From the sequence record SRR20825010_4798: a DNA stretch of 35,810 nucleotides; one strand, written 5' to 3'. The notes below the pieces were generated by a model, which was given only the letters and a program-made list of their open reading frames with translations, did no database searches and was not told where the DNA came from. A program made the position numbers and the translations under genes. Every line of letters begins with the position of its first letter. The stretch's first letter is position 1. This document shows, one piece after another, positions 17,360 through 26,647 of the stretch.

Positions 17360-17560
17360 GCGGAAATTTTTCGCCGGCGCGGAAAAACGGAATAGCAAGA
17401 GGACAACGCGCGTTGCGACGTTGTGGAGTTTAGTTTCTGTATAAATTACTGATTATCAATTATTTAAATTGATAAACTTCAGTAATTGAGAATTTAGAAT
17501 AAAGTGGTTTGCGGCAAACGGCCCGAAAACCCCCATAAACACGGCAGAATTTGCGGCAAT
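17360..17560. other. Candidate origin of transfer (oriT) and mob promoter region
   Basis: Non-coding stretch directly upstream of the mobilisation operon. It holds an imperfect inverted repeat (17367-17387), the palindrome CAACGCGCGTTG (17404-17415), a long AT-rich inverted repeat (17444-17487) and TTTGCGGCAA direct repeats at 17508 and 17550. Confidence 0.55.
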
Positions 17561-17580
17561 CAACAATTTAGACAATTGGT

Positions 17581-18135
17581 TTGGAAACTTTCAGCAACAT
17601 ACGGTTCAAGAAGGATACGGCGCGGCAGTTCCAAACCTTCTCCAGGCAGTTTTTCAATACCCATACGGAAGCATTGCAAACAATGTTGGATTTCTTTATT
17701 TACAACGAGATTTCCCCAAAGGAATCTTTTGGCCCCAATGGTAGGACCATCGCCGACCTAATCAAGAAAAGGTTCAATGCCATGGCCGCCATGATGAAGA
17801 ACATAGAAATACACGGGGTACTCCCGACCAAGGCCATGTTGGAACTGCTTTTCGAACACTCCCCCCAGAAGAAACAGGGGCAGGCCCCTTTGCTTATGGT
17901 TGGAAAGAAGGCAGATCCTGAAAAGGATATGTTCTTTAAAAAGGTGGAGGAGGCCATTATCCTAGAAAAGAATTACACCAATCTTAAACGGGATCTGGGA
18001 CAGTTGCAGTCTGAATTTATTAAACTTCTGAACAAGGTGGAATTGGTAAAGAGCAGCTTCGGAAAGCCCAGGTTGCAACTGGATATGACCCCCGAGGAGT
18101 TCGAGCAAGTGAAAATGAAATTAAAATCAGAATAG
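17581..18135 (+). CDS. BfmA/BtgA family mobilisation accessory protein
   Basis: IRFKKDTARQFQTFSR...HTEALQTMLDFF..NEISP and IKKRFNAMAAMMKNIE. TTG start; lies directly before the relaxase. Confidence 0.8.
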   Translation: METFSNIRFKKDTARQFQTFSRQFFNTHTEALQTMLDFFIYNEISPKESFGPNGRTIADLIKKRFNAMAAMMKNIEIHGVLPTKAMLELLFEHSPQKKQGQAPLLMVGKKADPEKDMFFKKVEEAIILEKNYTNLKRDLGQLQSEFIKLLNKVELVKSSFGKPRLQLDMTPEEFEQVKMKLKSE

Positions 18136-18139
18136 CATT

Positions 18140-19165
18140 ATGTACATCAGTATTACCAAGCAACATTTGGACGCCACCTTTTCCCAAAGTTCTTCGGATT
18201 ATGTGGCTTACCTGGAAAAAGAGAACGAGGGAAAATTGCCCGAACAACAGGAACACTTTTTTGACCAGTGCAATGAACGGATCCCACCCGAACAGGTCAT
18301 TAAGGAAATAGACGGCAACACCGCCAAATTGAAAAAAAGGGAACCTAAGTTCTTTGCACTGACCATCAATCCCAGCCAAAGGGAATTGAGACATATTGAC
18401 AACGACCCGGAGCTACTCAAAAAATACGTAAGGGAGGTTATGAAGGATTATGCGGCTTCCTTTCATCGCGATACCCCGGTGTCCGTGGACAGTATCAAAT
18501 ATTATGCGAAGATAGAATATGAACGCACCTTTAAAGGATTTGACAGGGAAGTCAAGGAGAACCAGGTGTACCGTGCGAAGATTGTAAGATTGGAAAATGA
18601 AATCCGTATGGTGGAACGTGGGGAGGTTTCCGGAAATGTTAAGGCCATGAGGAAGGAAATAGATAGGCTAAATGCCCAAATGCCACACCGTATTGATGGA
18701 CAGGTAGTGGCACAGGGAATGCAAAAGCCGGGCTTGCAGACCCATGTCCATATCATAGTAAGCAGAAAGGATGTTACCAATAGATATAGCCTTTCTCCCG
18801 GGAGCAAATACATGGAGTCGGAGTCCAAACTTAACGGCAAAATGGTCAAGCGTGGTTTTAAACGGGACCAATTTTACGAAAATGCTGAAAAAAGGTTCGA
18901 TACCCTCTTCAAATACCAACGCAACTATGTGGAATCCTATAGTGCCCGTAAGACCTTTGTCCAGGATCCCAAGATCTATTTTGCACAACTTCTGGGATTG
19001 CCCACAAACGAACGCAGTGCCGCACTTAGAATAATGGGTGCCGCCGGGGTGCATGTCCCTAAACTCAATATTCCCACGAACAAGGTGGAAGCTGCCCTGC
19101 AGGCCATTAAACAGTTCAAGAAAGCTGTTGACGTGGCCAGATCCTCTAGTTCCATAGGCATTTAG
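18140..19165 (+). CDS. mobB: MobB-type (DUF5712-like) relaxase
   Basis: N-terminal YVAYLEKEN, FFALTINPS, YYAKIE and the HUH motif HVHIIVSRKD. Confidence 0.88.
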   Translation: MYISITKQHLDATFSQSSSDYVAYLEKENEGKLPEQQEHFFDQCNERIPPEQVIKEIDGNTAKLKKREPKFFALTINPSQRELRHIDNDPELLKKYVREVMKDYAASFHRDTPVSVDSIKYYAKIEYERTFKGFDREVKENQVYRAKIVRLENEIRMVERGEVSGNVKAMRKEIDRLNAQMPHRIDGQVVAQGMQKPGLQTHVHIIVSRKDVTNRYSLSPGSKYMESESKLNGKMVKRGFKRDQFYENAEKRFDTLFKYQRNYVESYSARKTFVQDPKIYFAQLLGLPTNERSAALRIMGAAGVHVPKLNIPTNKVEAALQAIKQFKKAVDVARSSSSIGI

Positions 19166-19206
19166 GGATTCAATAAAATGACAATGGTTAATATCTGTAA
19201 TTCAAA

Positions 19207-20796
19207 ATGTGGGCTATGGTACTTATCACAATTGGAATCTATGCAGTGTTGATTGCAGTATTTTATCTTTCCTATACACACTACACGTATGCCTATGTCC
19301 AAAATATTCTAATGTTGATGCTGTTGGGAGTCGCTCTACATAACCTGCATGGCTGGCAGGAATTTACCAAAGTGTTGTTGTGGTGGTTATTGCCCTTTCA
19401 AATAGTCAATCTGGGATTTTTTATAGGCTTCAATTATCACTTTGGAATTCCTAAAAATCCTGAAAAGTTCAAGGTCAGATTCAATCTGTTGAACGGTAGT
19501 CTAGTACTTAAGAATATTCGACGGGGTGCCTCTATCATAGGGTCGGCCGGAAGTGGCAAAACAGAAAGCGTGGTCTATGGTTTTCTAAAACACTTTGGCC
19601 AACACCGGTTTTCCGGGGTCATCCACGATTATAAAGATTTTGAGATTACTGAAATGGCCTATCCTATTTTTGGAAAGGCCGATATTCCCTTTCATATTAT
19701 CTCCTTTGACGATATCCATAGCCGGGTAAATCCCATTGCGCCCCGGTATATGACGGATGAAGAAAGCGTTAATGAGGTTTCAAGGGTACTTTTGGAAAAC
19801 CTCTTGGAGCAACGTGAATCCATAGCGTTGGGATCTTCAAAATTCTTCAACGATGCCGTGGAAGGACTTTTGGGCGGGCTGATCTGGAAATTGAAAACTG
19901 ACCATGCCGAGTACTGTACCCTACCGCATCTTATAGCCACCTATCAGTATCTGGAAACCCAAAATCTTATACATTTTCTAAGTTCCAATTATACCTCCAG
20001 GGCCATGGCGGATGCATTTATCTCCGGAAAGGATTCCGAACGACAGACCGCTGGGGTAATGGGTACTCTGGCCAATGCACTAAAAAAGATCAGTACCCAG
20101 CGTATCTTTATGGCCCTTTCGGCCGATGAAGTGCCCTTGGATATCAACAACCCTGAGCACCCATCCGTAGTTTCCATAGTGAACAATCCCAAATTTGAAA
20201 CCGCCTATTCCCCCGTGATAGCCACTATTATGCATACCATAACAAAACAAATGGGCATTCGTGGGCGTCCACCCTCTTTTATCCTTATGGAGGAAGCCCC
20301 TACCATTCGATTGCTCAATATGCACCGCATTCCGGCGACCTTAAGAAGTTATGACATTGCCACGATTTATGTGCTCCAGGACAAGATACAAAACGATATG
20401 ATGTACGGGGACAGGGCCAGCAGGGCCATTTTGAGCAACCTTTCCTACCAGTTCTTTGGGAAGGCCAACGACCCCGATACCGCCCGATATTACGAACGCT
20501 TTTTTGAAATCGTTAAACGGCCGACCAAAAGTGTGAGCAAGGGAGAGAATACCCTGAATTTTGATACCAGGATTACCAAAGGGGAGCGGGAGGTAAGCAA
20601 GATACGGGCGGAGGAATTTTTTAGACTTAAAGAGGGGGAGTTTATTGCCTTTGCGGATGGCAAGGATAAAAAGGTGAGGTTTCCCAGGCCCAATATCATA
20701 ACAGAACTGCCAAAACCAAGATTCCGAATCGGGGATGGCGCCATAAAAGCAAACTTCGAGCGGATCCATTTGGATGTTAGGAAGTTCCTGCGTTAA
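19207..20796 (+). CDS. Type IV coupling protein (VirD4/TraG-like)
   Basis: N-terminal transmembrane segments, Walker A GSAGSGKT, HDYK and a Walker B-like LMEEAPT. Follows the relaxase. Confidence 0.9.
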   Translation: MWAMVLITIGIYAVLIAVFYLSYTHYTYAYVQNILMLMLLGVALHNLHGWQEFTKVLLWWLLPFQIVNLGFFIGFNYHFGIPKNPEKFKVRFNLLNGSLVLKNIRRGASIIGSAGSGKTESVVYGFLKHFGQHRFSGVIHDYKDFEITEMAYPIFGKADIPFHIISFDDIHSRVNPIAPRYMTDEESVNEVSRVLLENLLEQRESIALGSSKFFNDAVEGLLGGLIWKLKTDHAEYCTLPHLIATYQYLETQNLIHFLSSNYTSRAMADAFISGKDSERQTAGVMGTLANALKKISTQRIFMALSADEVPLDINNPEHPSVVSIVNNPKFETAYSPVIATIMHTITKQMGIRGRPPSFILMEEAPTIRLLNMHRIPATLRSYDIATIYVLQDKIQNDMMYGDRASRAILSNLSYQFFGKANDPDTARYYERFFEIVKRPTKSVSKGENTLNFDTRITKGEREVSKIRAEEFFRLKEGEFIAFADGKDKKVRFPRPNIITELPKPRFRIGDGAIKANFERIHLDVRKFLR

Positions 20797-21003
20797 AAAT
20801 CAAAACCAACATTTCCTATAGTGAGCACGCATACTATTTAAGCATTTTAACATCTGTTCTCGAATTATTAAAATTATGCTTACGCGATGTACATAAATTA
20901 TGATTGCGTGCTGTGATTTTTATCATGCTTGGATGTTTTATACAATTCCTATTGCCAAATGAAAATACTTCGTTTTTGTCGTTTTGAGTTGATTATGCAT
21001 TTA

Positions 21004-21197
21004 ATTGGAAAATATTTATCAGAAGTACATCTATAATGGAAAATTTTTGTTTCCAAGCATATAAATTACCTTCTTAATGGAAAATATTTTCATGCCTCTT
21101 TTATCTTTATATTGGAAATATTTTGTAAAATATCACATTATAATGGAAAATATTTGTAATTTTAGATTCTAAATCGAATTATAATGGAAATAAATTT
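21004..21197 (+). repeat. Six copies of an A(A/T)TGGAAA(A)TATTT-like motif upstream of and overlapping the Fic start
   Basis: Copies begin at 21004, 21035, 21076, 21111, 21142 and 21183. Confidence 0.8.
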
Positions 21198-22656
21198 GCC
21201 CATCCACCTTCAAGAAGTTATTTTCTCTTCCAGTGATTCCAATATAAGCAGGCAAATTTCTTTATTGGAAAAGGAAGGGAAAATTAGAAAAATTGCATCA
21301 CGAATATATACTTCGAACTTTATTGATAGCAATGAGGATATTGTTAAACGGAACCTATTTACCATTCTCGGGAAACTATACCCAGGATCCTTATTAAGCC
21401 ATAGATCCGCTATTGAATTTAAGCCTACGTCAAAAGGACATATATTCATAACCTATACCTACACCAAAAAAATAAGTTTACCAGGGATAACCATACGGTT
21501 TCTTCAAGGAGAAGGCCCCATTGAAGGAGATACAATTTTTTCGGGAGAATTATATGTCTCCCAAAGAGAAAGGGCTTTTCTGGAAAATCTGCAAGTTTCT
21601 AGAAGACCAGGGCCAGAATCCAAAACATTGACATTGCCTGAGGTAGAAGAAAAACTGGAACAAATTGTTAGGGTAAACGGGGAAGAAGCTTTAAATGAGG
21701 TAAGGGATAAATCCAGGGTCATAGCAGAAAAGTTGATGATGCACAAAGAATTTCAAAAACTGGATGGGTTGATAAGTGCTTTACTGACCACCCATACCTC
21801 AAAAATATTGACATCTCCCGTAGCAATGGCCAGAGCATTTGGAAAGCCATTTGATCCAGCAAGAATTAAGTTGTTCGAAACCTTATTTTTAGCATTGCAC
21901 CAAAGTGAGTTCAAAAGCTATCCAGATCAAAACATAAAACCACCCGCATTTAAAAACTTTGCTTTTTTTGAATCCTATTTTTCCAATTACATAGAAGGGA
22001 CGGTATTTGAACTTGAAGAAGCAAAAGATATTATAAGTACAGAACGGCCCTTGCCCAATAGAAATGAGGATTCCCACGATATATTGGGCACCTATAAATT
22101 GGTTGGCAATATGAAGGAAATGAAAACCCTTCCAGAATCTGCAGAAAAATTATTAAGTATTTTAGAATACCGGCATCAAATCCTTTTAGGAGCTAGATTG
22201 GACAAGAAACCAGGAAAGTTTAAGAACAAGAACAATAGGGCAGGTAATACGCATTTTGTTGATTATACTTTGGTTCGGGGAACTTTGATAAAGGGGTTTG
22301 AATATTACAGTGTATTGAATGACCCTTTTGCCAAAGCGGCTTACATAATGTTTATGATCAGTGAAATCCATCCGTTTTCGGATGGTAACGGAAGGATTGC
22401 AAGGGTCATGATGAATGCAGAACTTGTTAAGGCAGGACAGACCAGAATAATAATCCCCACCGTTTACAGGGATGATTACTTAGGTGCTTTACGACGATTG
22501 AGCAGGCAATCGGATCCTGAAGTATACATTAGGATGTTACAAAGGGCACAGCGTTTTTGTAGTACGTTAAAAGCAAATTCAATGGATTTTATGCAGGTCC
22601 AATTGGAAAAAAGCAATGCCTTTAAAGAACATGAGGAAGCTAGATTAACCTTTTGA
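21184..22656 (+). CDS. Fic family protein with long N-terminal extension
   Basis: Canonical HPFSDGNGRIAR motif and inhibitory-helix motif SNYIEG. Visibly more AT-rich than the flanking mob and tra genes. Confidence 0.93.
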   Translation: MEINLPIHLQEVIFSSSDSNISRQISLLEKEGKIRKIASRIYTSNFIDSNEDIVKRNLFTILGKLYPGSLLSHRSAIEFKPTSKGHIFITYTYTKKISLPGITIRFLQGEGPIEGDTIFSGELYVSQRERAFLENLQVSRRPGPESKTLTLPEVEEKLEQIVRVNGEEALNEVRDKSRVIAEKLMMHKEFQKLDGLISALLTTHTSKILTSPVAMARAFGKPFDPARIKLFETLFLALHQSEFKSYPDQNIKPPAFKNFAFFESYFSNYIEGTVFELEEAKDIISTERPLPNRNEDSHDILGTYKLVGNMKEMKTLPESAEKLLSILEYRHQILLGARLDKKPGKFKNKNNRAGNTHFVDYTLVRGTLIKGFEYYSVLNDPFAKAAYIMFMISEIHPFSDGNGRIARVMMNAELVKAGQTRIIIPTVYRDDYLGALRRLSRQSDPEVYIRMLQRAQRFCSTLKANSMDFMQVQLEKSNAFKEHEEARLTF

Positions 22657-22814
22657 TTATAAATTGATCTAGGTTCCAGGTAAAGTTAAATATTATTAGG
22701 TCAACTATTAAGTTAAAAGGGTTAACTTATGGACTCTGTAGTGTTGACTAAGTCCTTCATATTTAAAATGACCAAATAAGAACGTAAATTGGGACAGGAT
22801 TGTGAATGACAAGA

Positions 22815-23636
22815 TTATCTCAATTTCAAAATTACATCTCTATTTCCATTCAACTCTTCCAGTTTCATCATAAGCCTCTCACGGGCTCCCAAAGTAAATT
22901 TGGGATAGACGCATACAAATTGAACCAGCTCACCTTTTGGAACCACTGTTGGCATTTGAAACTGAAAGATAGGTGGTAGAAGCAATTCCTGATAGGATGA
23001 CTTACGTTTATTGTTGCCGTTCACTTTGTACAGGTTCAAGGTGTTAATCTCGAAATCGATTTGGGAACCGTTCTCAATTTTGAAAACCACATAGACCTCG
23101 TTAAGATAATAGATACTTTTCGTCATGCTAATAGTGACTCCATCCTTATATTTTATCTGATCAAAGGGCCTGGGATTTCTAAGCAATTGCGCGCAGAGTT
23201 TTGTATAGTCCAAAGCTTTATCCGAGTTTGGGATGGTGTCAGAATCCACCAAGGACAATTTTACTTGGGGGACAATTGAGGGACCGGTCCTTTCATGGCC
23301 GATACTGTCGGAGTTATCAATGAAGTAATTCAGCTTTTCAAGTTTTTGGGAATACCGTAGCAAATAGGAATAGACCCCGCCATTCTGGGTTACCACCAAA
23401 AGATTGCTTTCGTCACCCGGAGTGGCCTGTAGCAGCCCAAAGTACTGTGCTCTTTCCCTATTGAAGCTAAAGGCGTAATTGGAGGACCCTGTAACCCCTT
23501 GCCGAATAGGGTCGGGAAAGAACAACGATACCGTCATTTGTTCGTTGGCATATATAGTGTCGATGGCCTTTGTAATTTGCGCCTTCCCGGAGGAAATTAT
23601 GGCCAGGAGACCGAACAAGGATATGTATTTTTTCAT
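22815..23636 (-). CDS. traN: Conjugative transposon TraN-like protein (DUF4138)
   Basis: Signal peptide, TVSLFFPDPI, SNLLVVT, VYPKFTL and ELNGNR. Follows traM. Confidence 0.85.
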   Translation of the reverse strand: MKKYISLFGLLAIISSGKAQITKAIDTIYANEQMTVSLFFPDPIRQGVTGSSNYAFSFNRERAQYFGLLQATPGDESNLLVVTQNGGVYSYLLRYSQKLEKLNYFIDNSDSIGHERTGPSIVPQVKLSLVDSDTIPNSDKALDYTKLCAQLLRNPRPFDQIKYKDGVTISMTKSIYYLNEVYVVFKIENGSQIDFEINTLNLYKVNGNNKRKSSYQELLLPPIFQFQMPTVVPKGELVQFVCVYPKFTLGARERLMMKLEELNGNRDVILKLR

Positions 23637-23648
23637 AGGTGTATGGAT

Positions 23649-24581
23649 TTATGGCCCCTTGGGCGACTTTAATATGAGTTTGTAATTGTTGAGTACGGCT
23701 ACTTTTGTTCTTCGATTGTTCCGCTGAAATACTTTTTTTATACCGCTTACCTGGGGGACCCCAGCGATATTGATATCGTCCAGGACATCGTCGACCACCT
23801 CATTGGTAATTTCGCCCCGAAAACTGTTCTCTACATAGATGCCCTCCAATCCATCCTGAAGATCGAAGGCCTTCAGTTTTACGGGAATGTGGTCTATATT
23901 ATCAATTTTTAGGAGTGTACGGTTGGGCCCAAAACTGACGATGCCATATATCAAGGTGTTTTTGGGGATTATTGTTTTGCCCAATTGTATTTCTTGCAAT
24001 AGGCGCAGCTGCAATCGGCTGTTTGTCCTTACCACTTGGTTGCCATCCACTTCCACGTTAACAACCAGGGGATCGGGAACAAAGGAAACAGGATCTGGTA
24101 TCGGATCGGCAGCAAAAAATAGTTGGTGCTCCAATGCCAGTTCCTTGGTGGAAATGGGCTGCACATCTTCCTCTACGATGGTATCACTTTCTACGGGTGC
24201 AACCACCTTGGGTCTTGGGGGTTGTACATTCCGGTAGCTCTTTTGGGAATAATCGATCCGGCCCTGGCTGTAAATGCTGTCCACGATGCGTTGTTTATCC
24301 CTGTCCATAAAATCGGGATCATATAAACCTGTGGAATCCAACAACCTTTCATCGTAAATACTGGGTGCGTTTTTTACACGTTCTTCGGGAATATTGTCCA
24401 CCGCCTCCAGTTTGGAGCGGTACTCCTTTTGCTGCTCGTCCAATTCCGGCACTTCGGTCTTGTCCAGTGATTCTCCCGAGTCACCCCCCTTGTCCATGAC
24501 CAACATGGCATATCCTACAATGAACAGTACAATGACCAGGATTACCGAACCGAATACGATCTTGTTCCTTTCAATTTTCAT
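23649..24581 (-). CDS. traM: Conjugative transposon TraM protein
   Basis: N-terminal transmembrane segment and C-terminal LQLRLLQ...IPKNTLIYG...AFDLQDGLEGIYV. Confidence 0.88.
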   Translation of the reverse strand: MKIERNKIVFGSVILVIVLFIVGYAMLVMDKGGDSGESLDKTEVPELDEQQKEYRSKLEAVDNIPEERVKNAPSIYDERLLDSTGLYDPDFMDRDKQRIVDSIYSQGRIDYSQKSYRNVQPPRPKVVAPVESDTIVEEDVQPISTKELALEHQLFFAADPIPDPVSFVPDPLVVNVEVDGNQVVRTNSRLQLRLLQEIQLGKTIIPKNTLIYGIVSFGPNRTLLKIDNIDHIPVKLKAFDLQDGLEGIYVENSFRGEITNEVVDDVLDDINIAGVPQVSGIKKVFQRNNRRTKVAVLNNYKLILKSPKGP

Positions 24582-25185
24582 CCTGTACCTTTTTTAAAGA
24601 GTTCTCGAAATAGTCGGTGATCAAAAGTCCGTGGGTGTTCTTGGGAAAGTTCCGGTCCACATGGATCAGATTGCCCGTAGTCACCAATTCATAAGTATCC
24701 GTTACTTTGCCCCGATTGATCTGGAATAGGGTAGTGGTACGAAAAGTATAGGGCTCTTGGGAGATCTCTATCTCGGATTCGATCCGGAGTACCTTCTGTA
24801 CTAGGGAATATTGTAATAGGCGGTTATAGACCCCATCCGATTTTTTCTGTCTGTACAGGGCATCCACCGAACTGTTGCCCAACCATAGCGCCTTTTCCAA
24901 GTTCTTTTCGTAGTTGCTCGGGTCTATATTGTAGAAGTAAGTGTGGAACAGTTCCAAATGGGACAGGACTTCCACGCCCAGATTTTCTTTTTGGGAAACC
25001 AATTTCAAGGGTATCACGTCCCCATCCGTGTTCACCATAAAGACTTTGTCGACGGTTTCCCTGTGCATTTTTAGCATGGAAAAAATGGCTACGACGCAGG
25101 TCACCGTGGTGCCTATGACCATTGACCAAACTATGAACCGATTTTGGTCAAGGACTTTGTAGATATTTTTATAAGGTGTTTTCAT
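24571..25185 (-). CDS. traK: Conjugative transposon TraK protein
   Basis: HLELFHTYFY, EKALWLGNSS and RNFPKNTHGLLI motifs, with one N-terminal transmembrane segment. Confidence 0.88.
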   Translation of the reverse strand: MKTPYKNIYKVLDQNRFIVWSMVIGTTVTCVVAIFSMLKMHRETVDKVFMVNTDGDVIPLKLVSQKENLGVEVLSHLELFHTYFYNIDPSNYEKNLEKALWLGNSSVDALYRQKKSDGVYNRLLQYSLVQKVLRIESEIEISQEPYTFRTTTLFQINRGKVTDTYELVTTGNLIHVDRNFPKNTHGLLITDYFENSLKKVQDEN

Positions 25186-25215
25186 TATTGCGTTTTAATG
25201 GTTTTTAGTGAAGGC

Positions 25216-26058
25216 CTATATACCGCTGAACAGTTTCAAAGTAAAAGAGATGGCACGCCGGTACAATTTGAATTTCAGGAACACTATAAATCCTATGGAC
25301 CCCAATTGTATCAAGGGCGCAAAGAATAGGCTCCCCCAGTCCGTTCCGAACAGGTCGGACCAAAAGTTGGTGTTCACCTCGGTATATAGCAGGTTTATAA
25401 AGACATTGACCAGGAAAAATGCAGGTACCACCATATATACCCCCGCATAGAGCTTGAAAAAGTTATAGGCCATGGACCTGAACTTTTCAAAAACGGCCAG
25501 GCTGATGACCAATGGAAAAAAGGCCTGCATGATACCCAGTAGAAAGAAACGTTCTGCCAAGAACAAGGGATAGATGAACAGGTCCATCAACCATAGGAAA
25601 AGGCCGATAATGAAGGCCAAGATCTTTAGGCCGAACAAAGGGGTCACCAAAGCCTCGTACAATAGGGCCATGGCCTTCTTGGCGGCCTCGATCGCTCCCA
25701 CATCTTGTTCTATGTCAATTTCCTGCATCTGCAACGGAAGTAGGGCAGGGGCCGTGTCCCTGTATTGGGATTCAATGGCCACCAGAATGGAGTCGAAGAC
25801 CCCCAACACCTGGGTGGAAAAAATGACTATGATCACTACCGCAAAATTCTTGGCCAGTTCGGCAGGGGTCAGCCCCCAGGTAAAGCCTTCATTGTTGGCC
25901 ACACCTTCATTGTACTTTTTCAGGATATTGATCAGAAAGAACAATACCGCAAGGGTTTTCATTCCGGTAATGGTGTACTGGGAGAAATCACTGTTCTTGA
26001 TGGTCTGAAAAACAGTGTCCACATATTCCAATCCTATGCTCAAGGCTATTCCAGGCAT
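25216..26058 (-). CDS. TraJ/VirB6-like polytopic membrane protein
   Basis: Many hydrophobic segments and FFPLVISLAVF; sits immediately upstream of traK. Confidence 0.7.
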   Translation of the reverse strand: MPGIALSIGLEYVDTVFQTIKNSDFSQYTITGMKTLAVLFFLINILKKYNEGVANNEGFTWGLTPAELAKNFAVVIIVIFSTQVLGVFDSILVAIESQYRDTAPALLPLQMQEIDIEQDVGAIEAAKKAMALLYEALVTPLFGLKILAFIIGLFLWLMDLFIYPLFLAERFFLLGIMQAFFPLVISLAVFEKFRSMAYNFFKLYAGVYMVVPAFFLVNVFINLLYTEVNTNFWSDLFGTDWGSLFFAPLIQLGSIGFIVFLKFKLYRRAISFTLKLFSGI

Positions 26059-26061
26059 AAA

Positions 26062-26643
26062 TCAATATTGGGCCTTCCTGCCGTTGATAACTGCCTGCAT
26101 TTCCCTAAAGGCAATGATTTCCCGGTAGCGCCGTGTCTTGGACTCTATCTCGGCCACCATTTCCTTGGACTGCACTTCCTTTTCCTTGAGTATCGCTGCC
26201 CGTTCGGCATCGGTCATCCTAAGGTTGTCGCTGGACAGCACTTCCTCTATGTAATCCATGCCGGTCAGGGAGTTTTCGATGATGTCGTTGAAGGAATCCG
26301 AGATACGGGCAACTTCATCAGGCTTGATATAGGGAGAACTGAAAATCTCCCTAAGATCGTCCTGTACGATATCGAACAGGCGCTGGTTGCTATCGGCCAG
26401 TTCCTTAACGGCCTTTAGCTGCTTGATGACATCGTTGACCTTGTCAACGTTCTCTTTTTGTTCCTTTAGAAATTTGACGGTCTTCAACAATTGGGAGGTC
26501 TGTTTGCCGGATTCCAACAAAGATTTCATAAAGGAGATGAAATTGGTGTTGTCGTATACCGGCATTCCCTGGCAGGCAGCGTCTGCAGGCAATAAAAGGG
26601 AGAGGGCCAACAGGATCCCCAATGTTCTGATTTTCTTTTTCAT
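26062..26643 (-). CDS. Secreted conjugal transfer protein (TraI/VirB5-like)
   Basis: Signal peptide, QGMPVYDN and LRMTDAER; coiled-coil character; lies between traG and the traJ-like gene. Confidence 0.7.
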   Translation of the reverse strand: MKKKIRTLGILLALSLLLPADAACQGMPVYDNTNFISFMKSLLESGKQTSQLLKTVKFLKEQKENVDKVNDVIKQLKAVKELADSNQRLFDIVQDDLREIFSSPYIKPDEVARISDSFNDIIENSLTGMDYIEEVLSSDNLRMTDAERAAILKEKEVQSKEMVAEIESKTRRYREIIAFREMQAVINGRKAQY

Positions 26644-26647
26644 AGTA

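Noticed and set aside
21004-21197. Repeat array read as a CRISPR array
   Set aside because: The units are only about 14 bp, degenerate and irregularly spaced; one overlaps a start codon, and no cas genes are present.
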